A DNA stretch of 64,000 nt from Psammoneis japonica. Lineage: Eukaryota. The position numbers were made by a program, and so were the translations under genes. The notes under the pieces are model-generated. The model was not told where the DNA came from. It ran no database searches and worked only from the letters and a program-made list of their open reading frames with translations. Shown piece by piece: positions 61,635 through 64,000 of the stretch (position 1 is its first letter; each line of letters opens with the position of its first letter). The stretch is taken from contig QPGO01000033.1 in NCBI GenBank assembly GCA_008632985.1, positions 496,001-560,000 on the forward strand. Reading direction: 5' to 3'.

Positions 61635-62513
61635 TTTGCACTATGGTAGCATCTCAAGTAATTCATTTGAACCAGAGAACAGCTATGGAGTAACAACTGA
61701 CTCTACCTTATCATTAGCTAGTGTTAATAGAGAGTAGGGCCCAATTCATCTCGTCATAATAATCTCGATTTCAGTTTTCAATTTTGTGAGGCTGGGGCTT
61801 TTAACTTATTCATGTATTAATACATTTTATATTTATTTATTGTTTCTGAATCCAGACGTTAAATTACTTAGGAAAATCAATTGATGAAAATTTGTTATTG
61901 ATACCCTTCATGTCTGTTGAATATTCCAATTATGTGTTTCACATACATCGCCAGTATTGAGCCACGTGCAAAGCGCGTTGACAAGATAGTTCGTATGTGG
62001 TACTACGCTGCGTAGAATCTACGCGTCAGATTACGACAAATTTGGTGTCCCGTTGAGGTGAAGTTTCGCGCATCGTCGATGGCGGCGATAGTTGTGACGC
62101 GAACTTCATCGAAGCGCCTTGCTCCATGACTTCATACCGTTTCGGTGATTGCAAGAGAAGATCAGCAACGCGAATATAAAAGCACAACACTCTCCTGACG
62201 TCTCGTACTATCTGGTTCTGGCGTTGAACCTGCGATTCGGCTTTACAGACCTCGTGTGTTCAAAACGGTATTTTTGCGACTTTTTTCGAAACCAGACGTG
62301 TTGCAAGTTTCTCCGTACCGAAGTTCTACGCTAGGAGGCTTCTTCACACCAAACGAAAACGCAACAAAGACTTACGTTGCACTCTTTCGTAGCACTTTCG
62401 AGCTAAGCCGCCGCCAGAGTCGATTATCGATAGCACAGCTCACTGCACGCATCACATTGCTGGTTGAATCGTCCCTCTACTAGTTGGAGAGTAGAACGAA
62501 TCTCGCAGCAAGC

Positions 62514-64000
62514 ATGGCGGACGACCAGATACCACTGCAGCGATGGCTAGAGGAGGATGAGGTTGTGGAGGATGACAGTTCTGATCGGGGTGCTCTGGGG
62601 ACTTTTGCTGTAGTAATGTCAAACATACTGCTCTTTCTGCTAATTTTCGGCTTGAGTGCCACGGTCGATATCGTGAACCTCAAAAAGCAAATGAAGAACA
62701 AGTTTGCATTGGGAACTGGAGTGGCGATGCAGTTTATAATCATGCCGGTGTTAGGTTTCATAGCCGTCATGGTACTTAAGGAAGCGGGTCTAAGTCACGC
62801 GATGGGGCTAACGCTTCTCGTGGTCACGTCGAGTCCAGGAGGCTCCTATTCCAATTGGTGGTGTTCCACGTTTAACGCCGATCTGGCACTTTCTGTTGCC
62901 ATGACGGCGCTCTCTACAATACTGAGCGTCGGGCTACTACCAGCAAACTTGTTCCTCTATACACATTTAGTGTATGGATTGAGCGATAACGAAGAGGGGG
63001 AGGAAGACGTGATTGGAGCGCTCGACTTTGGTGCGCTATTCATGTCTTTGGGCGTTGTGATTGCAGCCATTTTGACCGGGTTGTTTGCTTCGTACAAGGT
63101 TAACAATGTTACATTTAACCTGTGGGCCAACAAGGGTGGGACAGTCGCGGGGATATTGCTAATTATCTTTTCTGCTGTGATTGGCAGCGGAGCTGGGGAC
63201 GAAGATAGTGGAGGCCTTTTCAGTCATCATTGGACCTTTTATGTTGGTGTGGCCTTTCCTTGCCTGGTGGGGCTCGCGCTAGCCAATCTTATTTCAAGAT
63301 GCTTTCGTCTGGCAAAGGCTGAAGTTGTGACTATATCGGTACGTGTTTCTGCTCGAGGTTTCTTTCTTGATACTTTGCTCGTAACTCACGAATGGCGTTT
63401 CGTTTTCTTTTACCTGTAGGTTGAATGCTGTTACCAAAATGTTGGTATCGCGACATCCGTGGCGATCAGCATGTTTGACGATCCTACAGAACGAGCCGAA
63501 GCGGTTGCTGTTCCGTTGTTTTACGGGATTGTGGAAGCAGTCGTTTTGGGGATTTACTGTGTGGTTGCTTGGAAAATTGGTTGGACCAAGGCACCAGCCG
63601 ATGAAAAGTTTTGTGTTGTCGTATCCAAGACTTACGAAGTTTCAGACGACGATGATGGGGAAGAAGAAGAAGAGGAAGGGTGTGACGAAGACGAGGATAT
63701 TGATGCGTCTGACGGAGAGGAGGATACTCCTCCAGAACCTGCTCTTGCAGACGAAGAGGAAGAGCCAACACATAATGGCTGGTTCCACTGGCTCTTTTCG
63801 CCCTTTCGTCGACGAAGAAAAGAACCTTCCGATGTGGAACATGATGAATATGAATTGGCAAAGGCCAAGGCAGAACCGACGAAGGACGTCGATCGCAAAC
63901 GTCTGGTCAGTGAAGACTACACAGCCAAAACATCTGATACAGAAATAAGTACCAGCAGCAGTGCTGCTGGTAGCCTTCATGCCGCCAACAGTGGAGCCGA
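62514..64000 (+). CDS. Bile acid:sodium symporter (SLC10/BASS) family transporter; intron 63339-63419; runs off the right edge
   Basis: GVAMQFIIMP, SSPGGSYSNWWCSTFNADLALSVAMT, ISVECCYQNVGIA. Confidence 0.9.

Overview
Eukaryotic nuclear DNA, most likely from a diatom (short GT-AG introns, signal peptide plus 'AF' bipartite plastid presequences, OHP2-like, Psb34-like and N-DVR genes). About 21 intron-containing host genes occupy 6.8-34.8 kb and 43.2-64 kb. Two islands, 1-~6530 and ~35.1-42.9 kb, interrupt them and contain decayed coding and repeat sequence in which TpA is almost completely erased and TpG/CpA is in excess. I found no TA by eye across ~3.1 kb (1931-5036). A 306-codon open frame (919 to <1) has no Tyr but many His/Cys. 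Duplicated segments differ by CA<->TG swaps, and surviving TAs are mostly in YTAR context. CpG is retained in part of island 1, so this is not ordinary 5mC decay. The pattern suggests a regional A:T->G:C hypermutation system acting on TpA (preferentially TAY), opposite in direction to fungal RIP. Many host genes show single-base deletions in short homopolymers, probably long-read consensus errors, so the islands need confirming with orthogonal reads.
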